A stretch of 64,000 bases of DNA, from the IMG/VR virus record IMGVR_UViG_3300020156_000021, positions 1 to 64,000 of that record; one strand, 5' to 3'. The notes below the pieces were generated by a model. The model ran no database searches. It saw only the letters and a program-made list of their open reading frames with translations, and was not told the DNA's origin. The DNA comes from a virus. Shown in pieces: positions 10,664 through 20,535 of the stretch (its first letter is position 1; each line of letters begins with the position of its first letter). Both the position numbers and the translations under genes were made by a program.

Positions 10664-11839
10664 ATGGGTACTTATGATCTATTTCGTAAAATATCTCAAT
10701 CTAATTTAACATCAAAAGAAAGAGAAGTTAACCAAATAAAATATGATATTCTTGCTGATTTTGAAGATTCTCCTTCTTTTAATACCGTATTAATCAAAGG
10801 TGTATCACAAGACGTTCAAATAGTAGATGAAAATGCAATTAATAAGCAACCAAATAAAAAATGTATACTATCAAAACCAAATGAAACATTTTCGATTGGA
10901 GATATGGTTACGTGGAATAATAATAAGTGGCTTATTATCAATATTGATGAAGATAAAACTATATACACTACAGGTATCATAGAAAAGTGTTCCTCCTCCC
11001 TAACTCTTAACAAAAACCACATTTTATCACAAGTACCATATATAACCCTAACTCAATCAGTATTAACCAATATGGGCGTTGAACAAACCAAATACCTATC
11101 AGTGCAAAGTGATGAGGTAATCATAATTGTTGCTAATAACGTCACTAATAGATTGATAGACGAAAATGATATATATCAGTTAGGTATCAAATCATATCAA
11201 GTATTGAGTATACAAGATATATATCAACCAGGACTTTTGTATATCAAATTAAAAGTATCGGAAGCACAGCAAGTAGTTCCTACTTATGCTATATCAATCT
11301 TAAATGGTTCAGAAATAAGTATTGATACTACACAAACCCTACAGTTGAATTGTGAAATTAAAGAGAACAATATTATACTCTCCCCTACTCCTACTGTTTC
11401 GTACAGTAGTTCGAATACAGAAATTGCTACGATATCAGACACAGGTTTAGTAAATCCTGTGACTACGGGAAGTGTTGTGTTTACTGCAACATATGGAAGT
11501 GTATCAGATACTATCACGGTTAATATAAGTGATGTAGTTGTGGATAATATTACTTATACGTTAGTAGGTAGTATTCAACCTGACACCGAAATTAAGCAAA
11601 CCTCAACTAAGGTCTTTATCGCACAAAAATATATTAATGGGATAGCAAGTGTTGCTACTTATGATTTTACAATTAGTGCCGGAACAACACCAAGTACCGC
11701 TTATACATTTACGGTTATTAATGATACTAATTGTTCAATTAAGTGTAATAGCTATAGATATTCAATTGTTTTACGTGCAACAGATAGGGTAAGTGGCGAA
11801 TATATTGAAAAGACAATTACGTTGAGAAGTAATTTGTAG
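10664..11839 (+). CDS. Structural protein with bacterial Ig-like (Big_2) domain
   Basis: Central segment ISILNGSEISIDTTQTLQLNCEI...SSSNTEIATISDTGLVNPVTTGSVVFTATYGSVSDTITVNI matches the Big_2 pattern. Confidence 0.65.
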   Translation: MGTYDLFRKISQSNLTSKEREVNQIKYDILADFEDSPSFNTVLIKGVSQDVQIVDENAINKQPNKKCILSKPNETFSIGDMVTWNNNKWLIINIDEDKTIYTTGIIEKCSSSLTLNKNHILSQVPYITLTQSVLTNMGVEQTKYLSVQSDEVIIIVANNVTNRLIDENDIYQLGIKSYQVLSIQDIYQPGLLYIKLKVSEAQQVVPTYAISILNGSEISIDTTQTLQLNCEIKENNIILSPTPTVSYSSSNTEIATISDTGLVNPVTTGSVVFTATYGSVSDTITVNISDVVVDNITYTLVGSIQPDTEIKQTSTKVFIAQKYINGIASVATYDFTISAGTTPSTAYTFTVINDTNCSIKCNSYRYSIVLRATDRVSGEYIEKTITLRSNL

Positions 11840-11851
11840 GGAGGTTGGTAG

Positions 11852-12349
11852 ATGGAAACTAGTTTCAAGTTTAAACATATAGAAAACAACCTCATTAAAT
11901 TGTTAATGTTGTTTATTGGTAATCAAAATATTTGTAAATATATATATTATCTTAACGACGATCCTTTAAATAATGCTGATGTTTCAATAGATTTGATTAA
12001 TAATGGTAATATTATTGTTGCTCCCTATAATGAAAAAATAATAATGGAAGAAAAAGTAATTGTTTTTCTAAATCCATTATTAGGTTCGTTAGATAACTAT
12101 CCATTAAGTACAATAACGTATGAAATGGATATAGTAACTCCTATTGATAAATGGATTTTATCAGGATTAGGTCAATTTCGAACATTCCGTATAGCCGATG
12201 AATTTTCACAATTAATTGACCAACAAAAAGTCGCAGGAATAAAAGATGTAACTATTACTAAGTTTAAAATATTTAAAGTAAATGATTCTTTTTCAGGCTT
12301 ATCATTATTAATTGATGTTAATTCATCGTCTATGAAAGGGTTGAGATAA
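11852..12349 (+). CDS. Hypothetical neck/tail-module protein
   Basis: 165-aa ORF with GGGAGG RBS, 12 nt after the previous stop. Confidence 0.55.
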   Translation: METSFKFKHIENNLIKLLMLFIGNQNICKYIYYLNDDPLNNADVSIDLINNGNIIVAPYNEKIIMEEKVIVFLNPLLGSLDNYPLSTITYEMDIVTPIDKWILSGLGQFRTFRIADEFSQLIDQQKVAGIKDVTITKFKIFKVNDSFSGLSLLIDVNSSSMKGLR

Positions 12350-12351
12350 AT

Positions 12352-13071
12352 ATGTCTGATTTAAAATATATATTTGCTCAACCTGAATATATTGAGGGTA
12401 TAGGTGAAATATATCCAATCAAATTAAAAGATTACGATGAATTTTCAAAAGTATCACAACCTTTATATATATCAAAAAATCATTTTGAAACAACTGAATA
12501 TCCTTTATTAGCATTAATATTTATGGGTGTTCAATATCTTGGTATAAATATAGAGCAATTAAAAGAAAATTTTATTACCTTATTTTCTTTGGTTACACAT
12601 AAAGAAGTAAAATTTATCTCTGAAGAAAAATATGAAGGATTTTTAGTTGATAAATCAAAATTTATATCAAGTCATAATTATGATAAACTACGTGAAGTAA
12701 TTATGAAACAAAATTTAATGTTTGAACAAAAAGTGTTTAAAAATAAACTTGTTCAAGATTGGGCTAATAAAGTTATTGAAGCAAAATCAAAAAATAGTAC
12801 AAAAATTTCTATGGAGGATATTATTACTACTGTATCAGTATATAAAGGAATATCTTATGAACAAATATTAGAATATACAATTTATCAAATATATGCTGAT
12901 TTTTATCGTATCAGGAAAATAAAGCAATATGATACTGATACTTTATTTGCAACTGTAAGTAGTGAAAAAATGTCTATTGTTGATTTTGCGGAAGATATTA
13001 ATATTTTCAAAAGTCCGTATGACGATTTATTTGTAAGTTCAGAAAAATTAAATAAATTTAAACAATTATAA
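12352..13071 (+). CDS. Hypothetical neck/tail-module protein
   Basis: 239-aa ORF starting 2 nt after the previous stop, consistent with translational coupling. Confidence 0.55.
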   Translation: MSDLKYIFAQPEYIEGIGEIYPIKLKDYDEFSKVSQPLYISKNHFETTEYPLLALIFMGVQYLGINIEQLKENFITLFSLVTHKEVKFISEEKYEGFLVDKSKFISSHNYDKLREVIMKQNLMFEQKVFKNKLVQDWANKVIEAKSKNSTKISMEDIITTVSVYKGISYEQILEYTIYQIYADFYRIRKIKQYDTDTLFATVSSEKMSIVDFAEDINIFKSPYDDLFVSSEKLNKFKQL

Positions 13072-13094
13072 AATAAATAAGGAGGAATTATACT

Positions 13095-13856
13095 ATGAGC
13101 CTCATAGCCGATATTTTTGACATAATTTTACAAACGGATACTGGTGATTTGATAGCAAGTACTACTCTTCAAAGCGCAGATTTGAAAATTGCCGTTGATT
13201 CTAAAGAAGTTCGTGGTGGTCGTGGAGATGCTTTGTTAGCAATTCTACACAGTAAAAGAGATGTTGATTTGTCAGTATCAGAAATTACATTTAAGTGGGA
13301 TTGGATTGCTAATCAATTAGGTGTAACAGCTTCAACTGGAGCCACTACTGCCTGGGCTACGTCGAAAATATATACTTGTGTAGATTTAGATGGTGAAGCC
13401 GCAGGAACAGCAATTGGATTTACGCTTGATAATACACCGCTTGCTTCTAGTAGTGGTCTAAAAATATTTAATGCAACTACTGGTGTTGAAGTTGCTCTCA
13501 CAAGTGGATATACTATCTCGACCGCAGATGTAACAATTGTTGGTGGGGTTGTTGGAGCAAAATATGAAGTTAGAGGATATAAATATACTACTGGTGCAAC
13601 TGCTAGTTCTTTGGATATTAACAATACTTCTTTTGCAGATGGTTGTGTTTGTATTTTGGAAACGCTGGAGATTTCTGAAGATGAAACACCTTTGGCAAGA
13701 ATTCAAATTCAGTTAGATGAATGTTTGCCTAGTGGTAATTTTAGTATTTCAACTAAGAAAGAAAAAGATGCTAATGTATCTAATTTTGATTTTAGAGCAA
13801 TTAAACCTGCTAATAGCAATAGTATTGGTAGAATGATTAGAATACCAATATCATAA
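13095..13856 (+). CDS. Putative major tail (tube) protein
   Basis: 253-aa Thr/Ala/Gly-rich beta-type protein with AAGGAGG RBS. It is the last gene of the uninterrupted structural block. Assigned by position and composition only. Confidence 0.4.
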   Translation: MSLIADIFDIILQTDTGDLIASTTLQSADLKIAVDSKEVRGGRGDALLAILHSKRDVDLSVSEITFKWDWIANQLGVTASTGATTAWATSKIYTCVDLDGEAAGTAIGFTLDNTPLASSSGLKIFNATTGVEVALTSGYTISTADVTIVGGVVGAKYEVRGYKYTTGATASSLDINNTSFADGCVCILETLEISEDETPLARIQIQLDECLPSGNFSISTKKEKDANVSNFDFRAIKPANSNSIGRMIRIPIS

Positions 13857-13968
13857 TAAAATTATTTAATAGGGGTAAACGGGAGTAATTAACCTGTGAA
13901 TGAGTGCCTTACCACTCTCCCCTTTTTTATTTTTGTAAGGTTACATTGGTAAAGGAGATGTATAAAAT

Positions 13969-14916
13969 ATGATACTAACTAAAGAAATTAAAATATTATG
14001 TAAAAATCATAAAAAATATTATATTCAAAAAGGATATAATTGGGTTTATAATGCAGAAATTATTGTAAAAGTTGAAGATTTACCTGATTCTAGTCACGAG
14101 TTATTAGATGTTTTGTGTGATTATTGTAATAGAAATATTATGACAAAACCCAAATATGCTTATTCACAACAAAATAAGAATTCAATTATTCAAAAAGATT
14201 GTTGTGAAGAGTGTTGGCATTTAAAATTAGCAGATAGTATGGATATAATTTATGGTAAAAATAATGCTTCTAATATAGTAGAATTCATAGAAAAACGTGA
14301 AAATACTTTTATTAATAAATTTGGTGTAGACAATCCAATGAAAAAACAAGAAATAGTATTAAAAGGTAAGCAAACTAATATAAAAAAATATGGCGTTGAT
14401 CATAAAATGAAAGTGGATGGGGAATATGAAAAACGAATAACTAAAATAAGAGAGACTATGTTTGCAAATGATACTGGAATAAAATCAACTCAACAAATAT
14501 ATTTACATGATTTATTTGGTGGAATATTAAATTATCCTGTAGGTAAATATTTATTAGATATAGCATTTACAGAAAATAAAATTTTTTGTGAGTATGATGG
14601 TTCAGGCCATGATTTACAGGTACATCTTGGTAATATAACTGAAAATGAAAGACTAAACAAAGATTTAAAAAGATATTATTTTTTAAAAAATCGAGGTTGG
14701 AAATTTATTAGAATAGTTTCGAATAAAGATAAATTACCTAATAAAAAAATATTAAATTATTTGTTTAACTTAGGAGTTTATCATTTAAATAATGAAAGAA
14801 CATATTTTGAAATAAATATTGATAACAACTATATAAAATATAATAATCAAATAATTTATATTGACCTTGGCAAACTTCGTAAAATAACTAAAAAAGATAT
14901 ACAACAAGCTATCTAA
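13969..14916 (+). CDS. Free-standing homing-endonuclease-like protein (Cys-rich N-terminus, KYGVxxxM repeats, Vsr/DUF559-type nuclease C-terminus)
   Basis: LLDIAFTENKIFCEYDGSGHDLQV...NRGWKFIRIV aligns with 1..612. FGVDNPMKKQEI...KKYGVDHKMK repeats and an N-terminal CxxC..CxxC. Flanked by structured GC-richer spacers. Confidence 0.65.
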   Translation: MILTKEIKILCKNHKKYYIQKGYNWVYNAEIIVKVEDLPDSSHELLDVLCDYCNRNIMTKPKYAYSQQNKNSIIQKDCCEECWHLKLADSMDIIYGKNNASNIVEFIEKRENTFINKFGVDNPMKKQEIVLKGKQTNIKKYGVDHKMKVDGEYEKRITKIRETMFANDTGIKSTQQIYLHDLFGGILNYPVGKYLLDIAFTENKIFCEYDGSGHDLQVHLGNITENERLNKDLKRYYFLKNRGWKFIRIVSNKDKLPNKKILNYLFNLGVYHLNNERTYFEINIDNNYIKYNNQIIYIDLGKLRKITKKDIQQAI

Positions 14917-15056
14917 GGGTAATAGGCTTAGTGGCTAAAACAACCACTCCCCTATCCCCTTCTTATTTCATTTCAAATTTATTTCTATTTTTATTTCAAA
15001 AGACAAATCTTAAAAATTTAACATGAATACACAGTTTCATAACAATAATTTCAAAG

Positions 15057-15635
15057 GTGGTGAACACCATATTTCAAATACTAAAACTTACATCTCCTAT
15101 ACCCCCTAGCGTAAATCATTATCTCGCTTATCGTGCAATAATTCAACACGGAAAGCCAATGGCAATGAGTTACAAAACTTCTGAAGCATTAAAGTATCAA
15201 AAAGAATTCATTAAATATATTAAAGAACAAGCACTACTTCAAAACTGGGTTAAGTCAGATAATAAATTCCAACATTATTACATGGATTGCTACTTTTTCT
15301 TTCCTCGTACAGATATGGATGCAAACAATTATTTTAAATGTCTAGCAGATGCTATTACAGATTCAGAAGTTGTATGGATAGATGATGTACAGTTATGTGA
15401 AAGAGTTCAGGGAATTAATTATGATTCTAAAAATCCAAGAATAGAAATTCAGGTTAAACCAGTTAACTACATAGGTATATTTGAAAATATATCTCAATTA
15501 GAACAGTTTGAGACTAATTGCATCGAATGTGCTAAATACAATCGAAATTGTAGTTTACTAACAAAAGCCAAAGAAGGAAGAGTTCAAGAGGATATTCAAG
15601 AATTTAAATGTAGTAAATTTAAAATATTAAAATAA
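15057..15635 (+). CDS. rusA: RusA-family Holliday junction resolvase with Cys-rich C-terminal extension
   Basis: PPSVNHYLAYRA...SYKTSEALKYQKEF and DMDANNYFKCLADAITDSEVVWIDDVQLCE match the RusA acidic catalytic motifs (D.DN..K...D......DD). Extra C-terminus carries CIECAKYNRNC...C. Confidence 0.75.
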   Translation: MVNTIFQILKLTSPIPPSVNHYLAYRAIIQHGKPMAMSYKTSEALKYQKEFIKYIKEQALLQNWVKSDNKFQHYYMDCYFFFPRTDMDANNYFKCLADAITDSEVVWIDDVQLCERVQGINYDSKNPRIEIQVKPVNYIGIFENISQLEQFETNCIECAKYNRNCSLLTKAKEGRVQEDIQEFKCSKFKILK

Positions 15636-15660
15636 TATAATTATGGAGGATTAATAATTT

Positions 15661-16224
15661 ATGAAATTTAGTGAAATAAAGAAAAATATTGAATCTGGAA
15701 ATATGTTTGCTGATTGTGGTCTAGAAATAAAACCATATATATCAATTCTACTTAAAGATGCTTTTATTAAAGGTTCTGATACAGAAAATATAAAAATAGA
15801 CGGTATAATAAAAAATTGTATTGAAGATAGAGATGGAATTAAATATATAAATTATATGCAACTTGAAATGTCTAAATTTATTATGATTTTAACTTTATAT
15901 ACAAATATCGAAGATGATTCAGACGATATATATGATACTTATGATTATTTAGTATCTCAAAACATATGGGAATATATAATTAATCAAATTCCTGAACAAG
16001 AAATAGAATATCTTGAAATGCTAATTAATAGGTGTGTACATCAGGAGATTGAAATAGGTAATAGTCTAGGAAATATACTTAACCGCAATTTAAATAAACT
16101 CATCTCAAAAATTCCTACAGAAAAAGAAATGTCAAAAATCCTAAACAAACTCCCAAAAGTGTTAGATAGTATATCACCTGAAAATAAAGAAATTTTCAAA
16201 AACTTAGTAAACATAAATAAATAG
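15661..16224 (+). CDS. Hypothetical acidic protein
   Basis: 187-aa ORF with GGAGG RBS, followed by a weak hairpin with a T-run near 16247-16285. Confidence 0.6.
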   Translation: MKFSEIKKNIESGNMFADCGLEIKPYISILLKDAFIKGSDTENIKIDGIIKNCIEDRDGIKYINYMQLEMSKFIMILTLYTNIEDDSDDIYDTYDYLVSQNIWEYIINQIPEQEIEYLEMLINRCVHQEIEIGNSLGNILNRNLNKLISKIPTEKEMSKILNKLPKVLDSISPENKEIFKNLVNINK

Positions 16225-16330
16225 TACATCAAATTATCGTTTCATTAAAATTTAGGGTAGGTTTTCTTCTACCTTTCTATTTTTGTTCTATAACAATTAA
16301 ACGTAATATTGTTAATTAAACGGAGGTGGT

Positions 16331-16510
16331 ATGCCGATGCCAATAGATAAATATGCAAGGGGAATGGCGAATAAAGCTAACATCACCTTGGATGTTATTA
16401 CAAATAATGGGCAGATAAAAGGTTTTATTGTTTTAACTCAAGCTGAATATGATGCACTTGTTGCGGCTAATTCTGTTGACCTCGAAATTGTGTATTTAAT
16501 AAGTGGGTGA
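16331..16510 (+). CDS. 59-aa stand-alone fibre N-terminal module
   Basis: Below the ORF-track cutoff; translated by hand as MPMPIDKYARGMANKANITLDVITNNGQIKGFIVLTQAEYDALVAANSVDLEIVYLISG. CGGAGGTGG RBS. IDKxARGxAxKxN is shared with the tailspike N-terminus at 17726. LTQAEYDAL...YLI is a common phage-fibre N-terminal motif. Confidence 0.5.
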   Translation: MPMPIDKYARGMANKANITLDVITNNGQIKGFIVLTQAEYDALVAANSVDLEIVYLISG

Positions 16511-16514
16511 TAAT

Positions 16515-17303
16515 ATGAAATTTGGGAGTGTAGATATATCGAAAATTTACTTTGGTGAAAATGCAATTAATAAAACTATGTTAAATAATATTAATATATT
16601 AAATACAAAAGCGTTAGTTGCTGACGGATTATTCTTTCATATGTCGGGAGCAAAAGCAACAGGTACTTCTCCAGGTACAAATTCTCCTCAAGTAACTGTT
16701 TGGCAAGAATTGATAGGAAATAGAGATGCTTCACTCGTAGGATTTGCATATAATAGTACTTCAGGATGGCAAGGAACTGGCACACCAGAAGACCCTTATG
16801 CACTTAAAGTTAATGGTTCGATGATGTATGGTGATTACACTTTGCCTAAAATAACAGGTGTATTAACTTTAGAAACTTGGGTATATCTTACTAGACCTTC
16901 AGATTTTCAAGGCATTATTAGTTTAGTCGACTACGGTTATCCCTATTTGTGTTTTACTGGTGGAAAATTTATGTTTTACGGGCATACTTCTGCCTATAGA
17001 TATAGTGCTTTAGTACTTACTCAATCCGACATGAATAAATGGTATCATGTTGTCTGTGAAGTAGTTGATCCAGCAAATGTGTCCACATGGAATATTTACG
17101 TAAACGGTGTATTATCAAACGGCTCAATATCTTCAGGAACATCAAATTATGCAGGAACAGGAACTAGGGGTTGGATAGGTTGCAGTCCGAATAATTACTA
17201 TTTATACGGAGCAATTTCGATGATAAGTATGTATAATAGAGCGTTAACAGCAGTTGAAGTACTAAATAATTATAATTGTGGTGCAAATGCCTGTGCAGTT
17301 TAA
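16515..17303 (+). CDS. LamG / concanavalin-A-like lectin-domain fibre protein
   Basis: LTLETWVYL...WYHVVCEV...WNIYVNGVL...ISMISMYNRALTAVEVLNNYN follows the LamG_3 jelly-roll pattern. The tracked ORF starts at GTG 16503; ATG 16515 is more likely. Confidence 0.7.
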   Translation: MKFGSVDISKIYFGENAINKTMLNNINILNTKALVADGLFFHMSGAKATGTSPGTNSPQVTVWQELIGNRDASLVGFAYNSTSGWQGTGTPEDPYALKVNGSMMYGDYTLPKITGVLTLETWVYLTRPSDFQGIISLVDYGYPYLCFTGGKFMFYGHTSAYRYSALVLTQSDMNKWYHVVCEVVDPANVSTWNIYVNGVLSNGSISSGTSNYAGTGTRGWIGCSPNNYYLYGAISMISMYNRALTAVEVLNNYNCGANACAV

Positions 17304-17390
17304 TATTTTGTTTTTAATTCATTGCAATGCGCATTTTAACAATTTAGAATCAAAAAATTTAAGAATTTATAAAGAAGGAGGAATATAATT

Positions 17391-17726
17391 ATGTCTGTAC
17401 GGTCAAATTGGATTTTTCATAATACAGAGACACAAGTAAGCAATGGTTCAGAATATAAAATTTCTAATGTAGGTTCAGAAACAACATTGGCTTTATCAAT
17501 CGCTGGCACATCAACTATATATGAAATTGCTTTTGAAGTTAAAGGTTTAGTAGGAGACTATGAAGCAATTGAAGGTTTTGATATAAAAAATTCAACTTTA
17601 AAATCTTCTGCAATTCAAACTGACGGTAAGCATTGGAGTTTTGACTTAACAGGATGGGACTCTTTTCGTGTAAGAATAGTTTCTTTAAACGGTAATCTTA
17701 CTATACAAGGTAAGGTGGTTGAATAA
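17391..17726 (+). CDS. Hypothetical beta-rich protein between the fibre and tailspike genes
   Basis: 111-aa ORF with AGGAGG RBS. Its stop overlaps the start of the tailspike gene (ATAATG). Confidence 0.6.
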   Translation: MSVRSNWIFHNTETQVSNGSEYKISNVGSETTLALSIAGTSTIYEIAFEVKGLVGDYEAIEGFDIKNSTLKSSAIQTDGKHWSFDLTGWDSFRVRIVSLNGNLTIQGKVVE

Positions 17727-19507
17727 TGTCTATAGATAAAATTGCGAGAGGTTTAGCTAAAAAATCAAATGATCGGTTATCTATTTCATTTATCAATGTT
17801 AAATATCCACCTACAGGACTTGTAGGTGCTAAAGGTGATGGTCAAACTGATGATTGGGCTGCAATTCAAGCTATTATTGATTGGTGTTTTGAGAATAATG
17901 TAATGACAATATTTTTCCCTAATGGTACATACAATATATCTAAACCATTATTGTTAAAGACAAAATACGAATCTTCTCCTATTCCCTTTTGGTCAGGCAA
18001 AGCTATTAAACTAATTGGTTATGATATGGCAACTACCAAAATAGTAAAGACTACAACAGGGAATACATTATCTGGTGTACATGCAGAAGTTAACGGTATA
18101 GATGCTACAATAATATTATTTAACGGACTAAATAGTACTGACACTATAGGGGGTTCAGGAACTGGTACAATAATTGAAAACTTATATATAATAAATCAAT
18201 CTACTTCAAATACATCAATGACTATAACCGGAGCAGCATGTCAAAGAATGAAATTATCAAATTTAAACATATTCGGGTATTCCGGTATAGTTTTTGATAA
18301 TTGCTATGGCAATATTTTTGAACATATAGTAATAAAGTGTACTGAAAAAGCTCTTTGGCTTGATAATATTACAGCAAGCGGAACATCAAATACTCTTATA
18401 AATATTTATGCAATTAATTGTCATAATCCGTATAGGATTTGTGCTGCATATACAGGTTTGGATACAGTGTATGCTGATAATTGTACAGGAACTATATTTG
18501 ATACTGTAGGTTCTGGACTAGTAATGCTTAATTGTGGAACGGAATCACCTAAAGCACAGTATATTGTTAAATCTACTGCTCCATATACTATTAATATACA
18601 ATCTTTATCAATATGGAGACAGATTGGTGACGCTGCAAATAGTTTGAATATAGATGATTGCGCAGTATTTTATGGAAGTGGTAAATTTAAAATTGGTGTA
18701 TTATCTATTCTTGAAGATTCACAAATTATTGGTAATAGTTATTTGTATTCTGCTGAATCCATTAATGACTATGGAGCAATTGATATTGGTCAAATAAATT
18801 ACCGAAAAAATTATGAGGGTGAAGATAATCCAAAACTTCTTTACACAAAGCAAGCTTCTAATAGTTATATAAGTGGGAAAATTTCTGTTACTGGTGCAAA
18901 TATTAATATTCGTAGAAATAAATATATGCCTTATTTAGGTTCAAGAGGTCTTTCGGATTCTCTTGATGTTCCGTTTATTGATAAGGCAATTTATTTGGAT
19001 AATGTAACAAAATTTATTGATTCAGAAGGAATTAGTCATAATGATGATAACAAATATAATGTTGGAGATGTTTTATTAATTAACAATCCTTCTAACATGA
19101 ACATATTAGGGTATGTTGTTTCAGCCAATAATGGTACTTATGTATCTGATTGCGATTTTAAAGAAATACCAATAGCTCTGCGTGGTTCAACATCACAAAG
19201 ACCTTCTACAAATCTTTATAATGGGTTACAATATTGGGATACAACACTAGAAAAACCTATTTGGCTTAAATATATAAGCGGAGGATATTGGACTAATAAC
19301 GTGTGGGCTTCAGCATACAACTATAATGTTGGGAATTTAATTGTATCTTCAGGCAAGGTATATAAATGTACAACAGCAGGTACAAGTGGTGGTGTGATAC
19401 CAACTTTTAATACAACGACTAATGAAACAACTGTTGATAATATTGTTGTTTGGACATGTGCAGGAGATATTGCAACGTGGGTAGATGCCGTAGGAAATGT
19501 TGTTTAG
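17726..19507 (+). CDS. Tailspike / depolymerase (pectate-lyase-superfamily beta-helix) with CBM5/12-like C-terminus
   Basis: GAKGDGQTDDWAAIQAIIDW...IFFPNGTYNISKPL is the Pectate_lyase_3 N-terminal signature. C-terminal W..AYNYNVGNLIVSSGKVYKCTTAG resembles chitin-binding-type modules. Confidence 0.8.
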   Translation: MSIDKIARGLAKKSNDRLSISFINVKYPPTGLVGAKGDGQTDDWAAIQAIIDWCFENNVMTIFFPNGTYNISKPLLLKTKYESSPIPFWSGKAIKLIGYDMATTKIVKTTTGNTLSGVHAEVNGIDATIILFNGLNSTDTIGGSGTGTIIENLYIINQSTSNTSMTITGAACQRMKLSNLNIFGYSGIVFDNCYGNIFEHIVIKCTEKALWLDNITASGTSNTLINIYAINCHNPYRICAAYTGLDTVYADNCTGTIFDTVGSGLVMLNCGTESPKAQYIVKSTAPYTINIQSLSIWRQIGDAANSLNIDDCAVFYGSGKFKIGVLSILEDSQIIGNSYLYSAESINDYGAIDIGQINYRKNYEGEDNPKLLYTKQASNSYISGKISVTGANINIRRNKYMPYLGSRGLSDSLDVPFIDKAIYLDNVTKFIDSEGISHNDDNKYNVGDVLLINNPSNMNILGYVVSANNGTYVSDCDFKEIPIALRGSTSQRPSTNLYNGLQYWDTTLEKPIWLKYISGGYWTNNVWASAYNYNVGNLIVSSGKVYKCTTAGTSGGVIPTFNTTTNETTVDNIVVWTCAGDIATWVDAVGNVV

Positions 19508-19527
19508 GGATACTAAGTGTATCCCTA
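19505..19527. terminator. Bidirectional terminator hairpin shared by the convergent tailspike and acyltransferase genes
   Basis: Perfect 9-bp stem TAGGGATAC taagt GTATCCCTA. Both stop codons lie inside the stem arms. Confidence 0.7.
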
Positions 19528-20535
19528 AAATCCTAGAACATTAGATGATATTTTGTTTCCGATAGTTTTTCGACATAATGCTATTATTATAAATGAAAGA
19601 AAACTAACAATACAGAACATAATAAAAGTAAAGATAATTTGACTATTTATATATTTTGAAACATTTAATGTGTTGAATAGCATTATAAATATACTATGAA
19701 TAAAAAAGATTCCGAATGAGTAATCTCCTATTTTACTTAAAATATTATGAGAAGATATAGTAAAGGAATTTTTTAAACTTAGTGTAAGCAATATTAAAGC
19801 AAATGATGTTATGATTGAAGTTATTTTGAGTTGAGAAATCGCTAAATCAAATAATTTAAGATTATTGTATATTAATATTCCTTCAACGATAGAAAAACTA
19901 ATTGAGATAACGTAAATAGGAATAATGAGTTTTAGTTTTGATTTGAAAAAATCATATGATATATTCAAATTTCGAATTAGTAAACCAAAATAATAGAATA
20001 GTATCCAAGATGTAAATGGGAAAAATGTATATGGGAAAACTTGTTTAGTGAAAAACGTATATATATAAGTGCATATTATAGTAATTGGTGTGATTGAGAA
20101 TATAAATATTTTAATTACTTTATTATTAATCGTTTTTACCATAATTGGTGTCAAAATAATTAGTTGTGATAAAACAATTATAAAATATAATTGCATTGAA
20201 GTACCACCAGTGAATAATTTTTTAATTATATTATCTGGATTATATTGAGGAAATATTACTGCATGTGTTATTGACCATATTAGATAAGGAGGAATTATTC
20301 TTAATAACCTAGTATAAATAAATTTTAATGGGTTTTGAGTTTCTTCTAATTTTACAAAGTATCCTGATAAAAATAAAAATAGAGGTACAGCAAAATTAAT
20401 CAATTGGCGTATAATAATTTGCGTAATGTCATTACTATAGTTTCCGTTAAATTTTATATTGAATGAATGTATTAATACAACAGATAATATAGCTATACCT
20501 CGTAATAATTGAAAATAATTATCTTTGTTTTTCAT
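19525..20535 (-). CDS. Acyltransferase-3 family integral membrane O-acyltransferase (OatA/Oac-like)
   Basis: N-terminal LLRGIAILSVVLIHS motif and about 10 predicted TM helices over 336 aa. Own extended -10 promoter (TG-n-TATAAT on the minus strand at 20564-20571). Confidence 0.8.
   Translation of the reverse strand: MKNKDNYFQLLRGIAILSVVLIHSFNIKFNGNYSNDITQIIIRQLINFAVPLFLFLSGYFVKLEETQNPLKFIYTRLLRIIPPYLIWSITHAVIFPQYNPDNIIKKLFTGGTSMQLYFIIVLSQLIILTPIMVKTINNKVIKIFIFSITPITIICTYIYTFFTKQVFPYTFFPFTSWILFYYFGLLIRNLNISYDFFKSKLKLIIPIYVISISFSIVEGILIYNNLKLFDLAISQLKITSIITSFALILLTLSLKNSFTISSHNILSKIGDYSFGIFFIHSIFIMLFNTLNVSKYINSQIIFTFIMFCIVSFLSFIIIALCRKTIGNKISSNVLGF

Noticed and set aside
13857-15056. Group I intron carrying the homing-endonuclease ORF
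   Set aside because: The flanking genes (13095..13856 and rusA) are complete, unrelated ORFs with their own stops, starts and RBSs. No split exon can be reconstructed.
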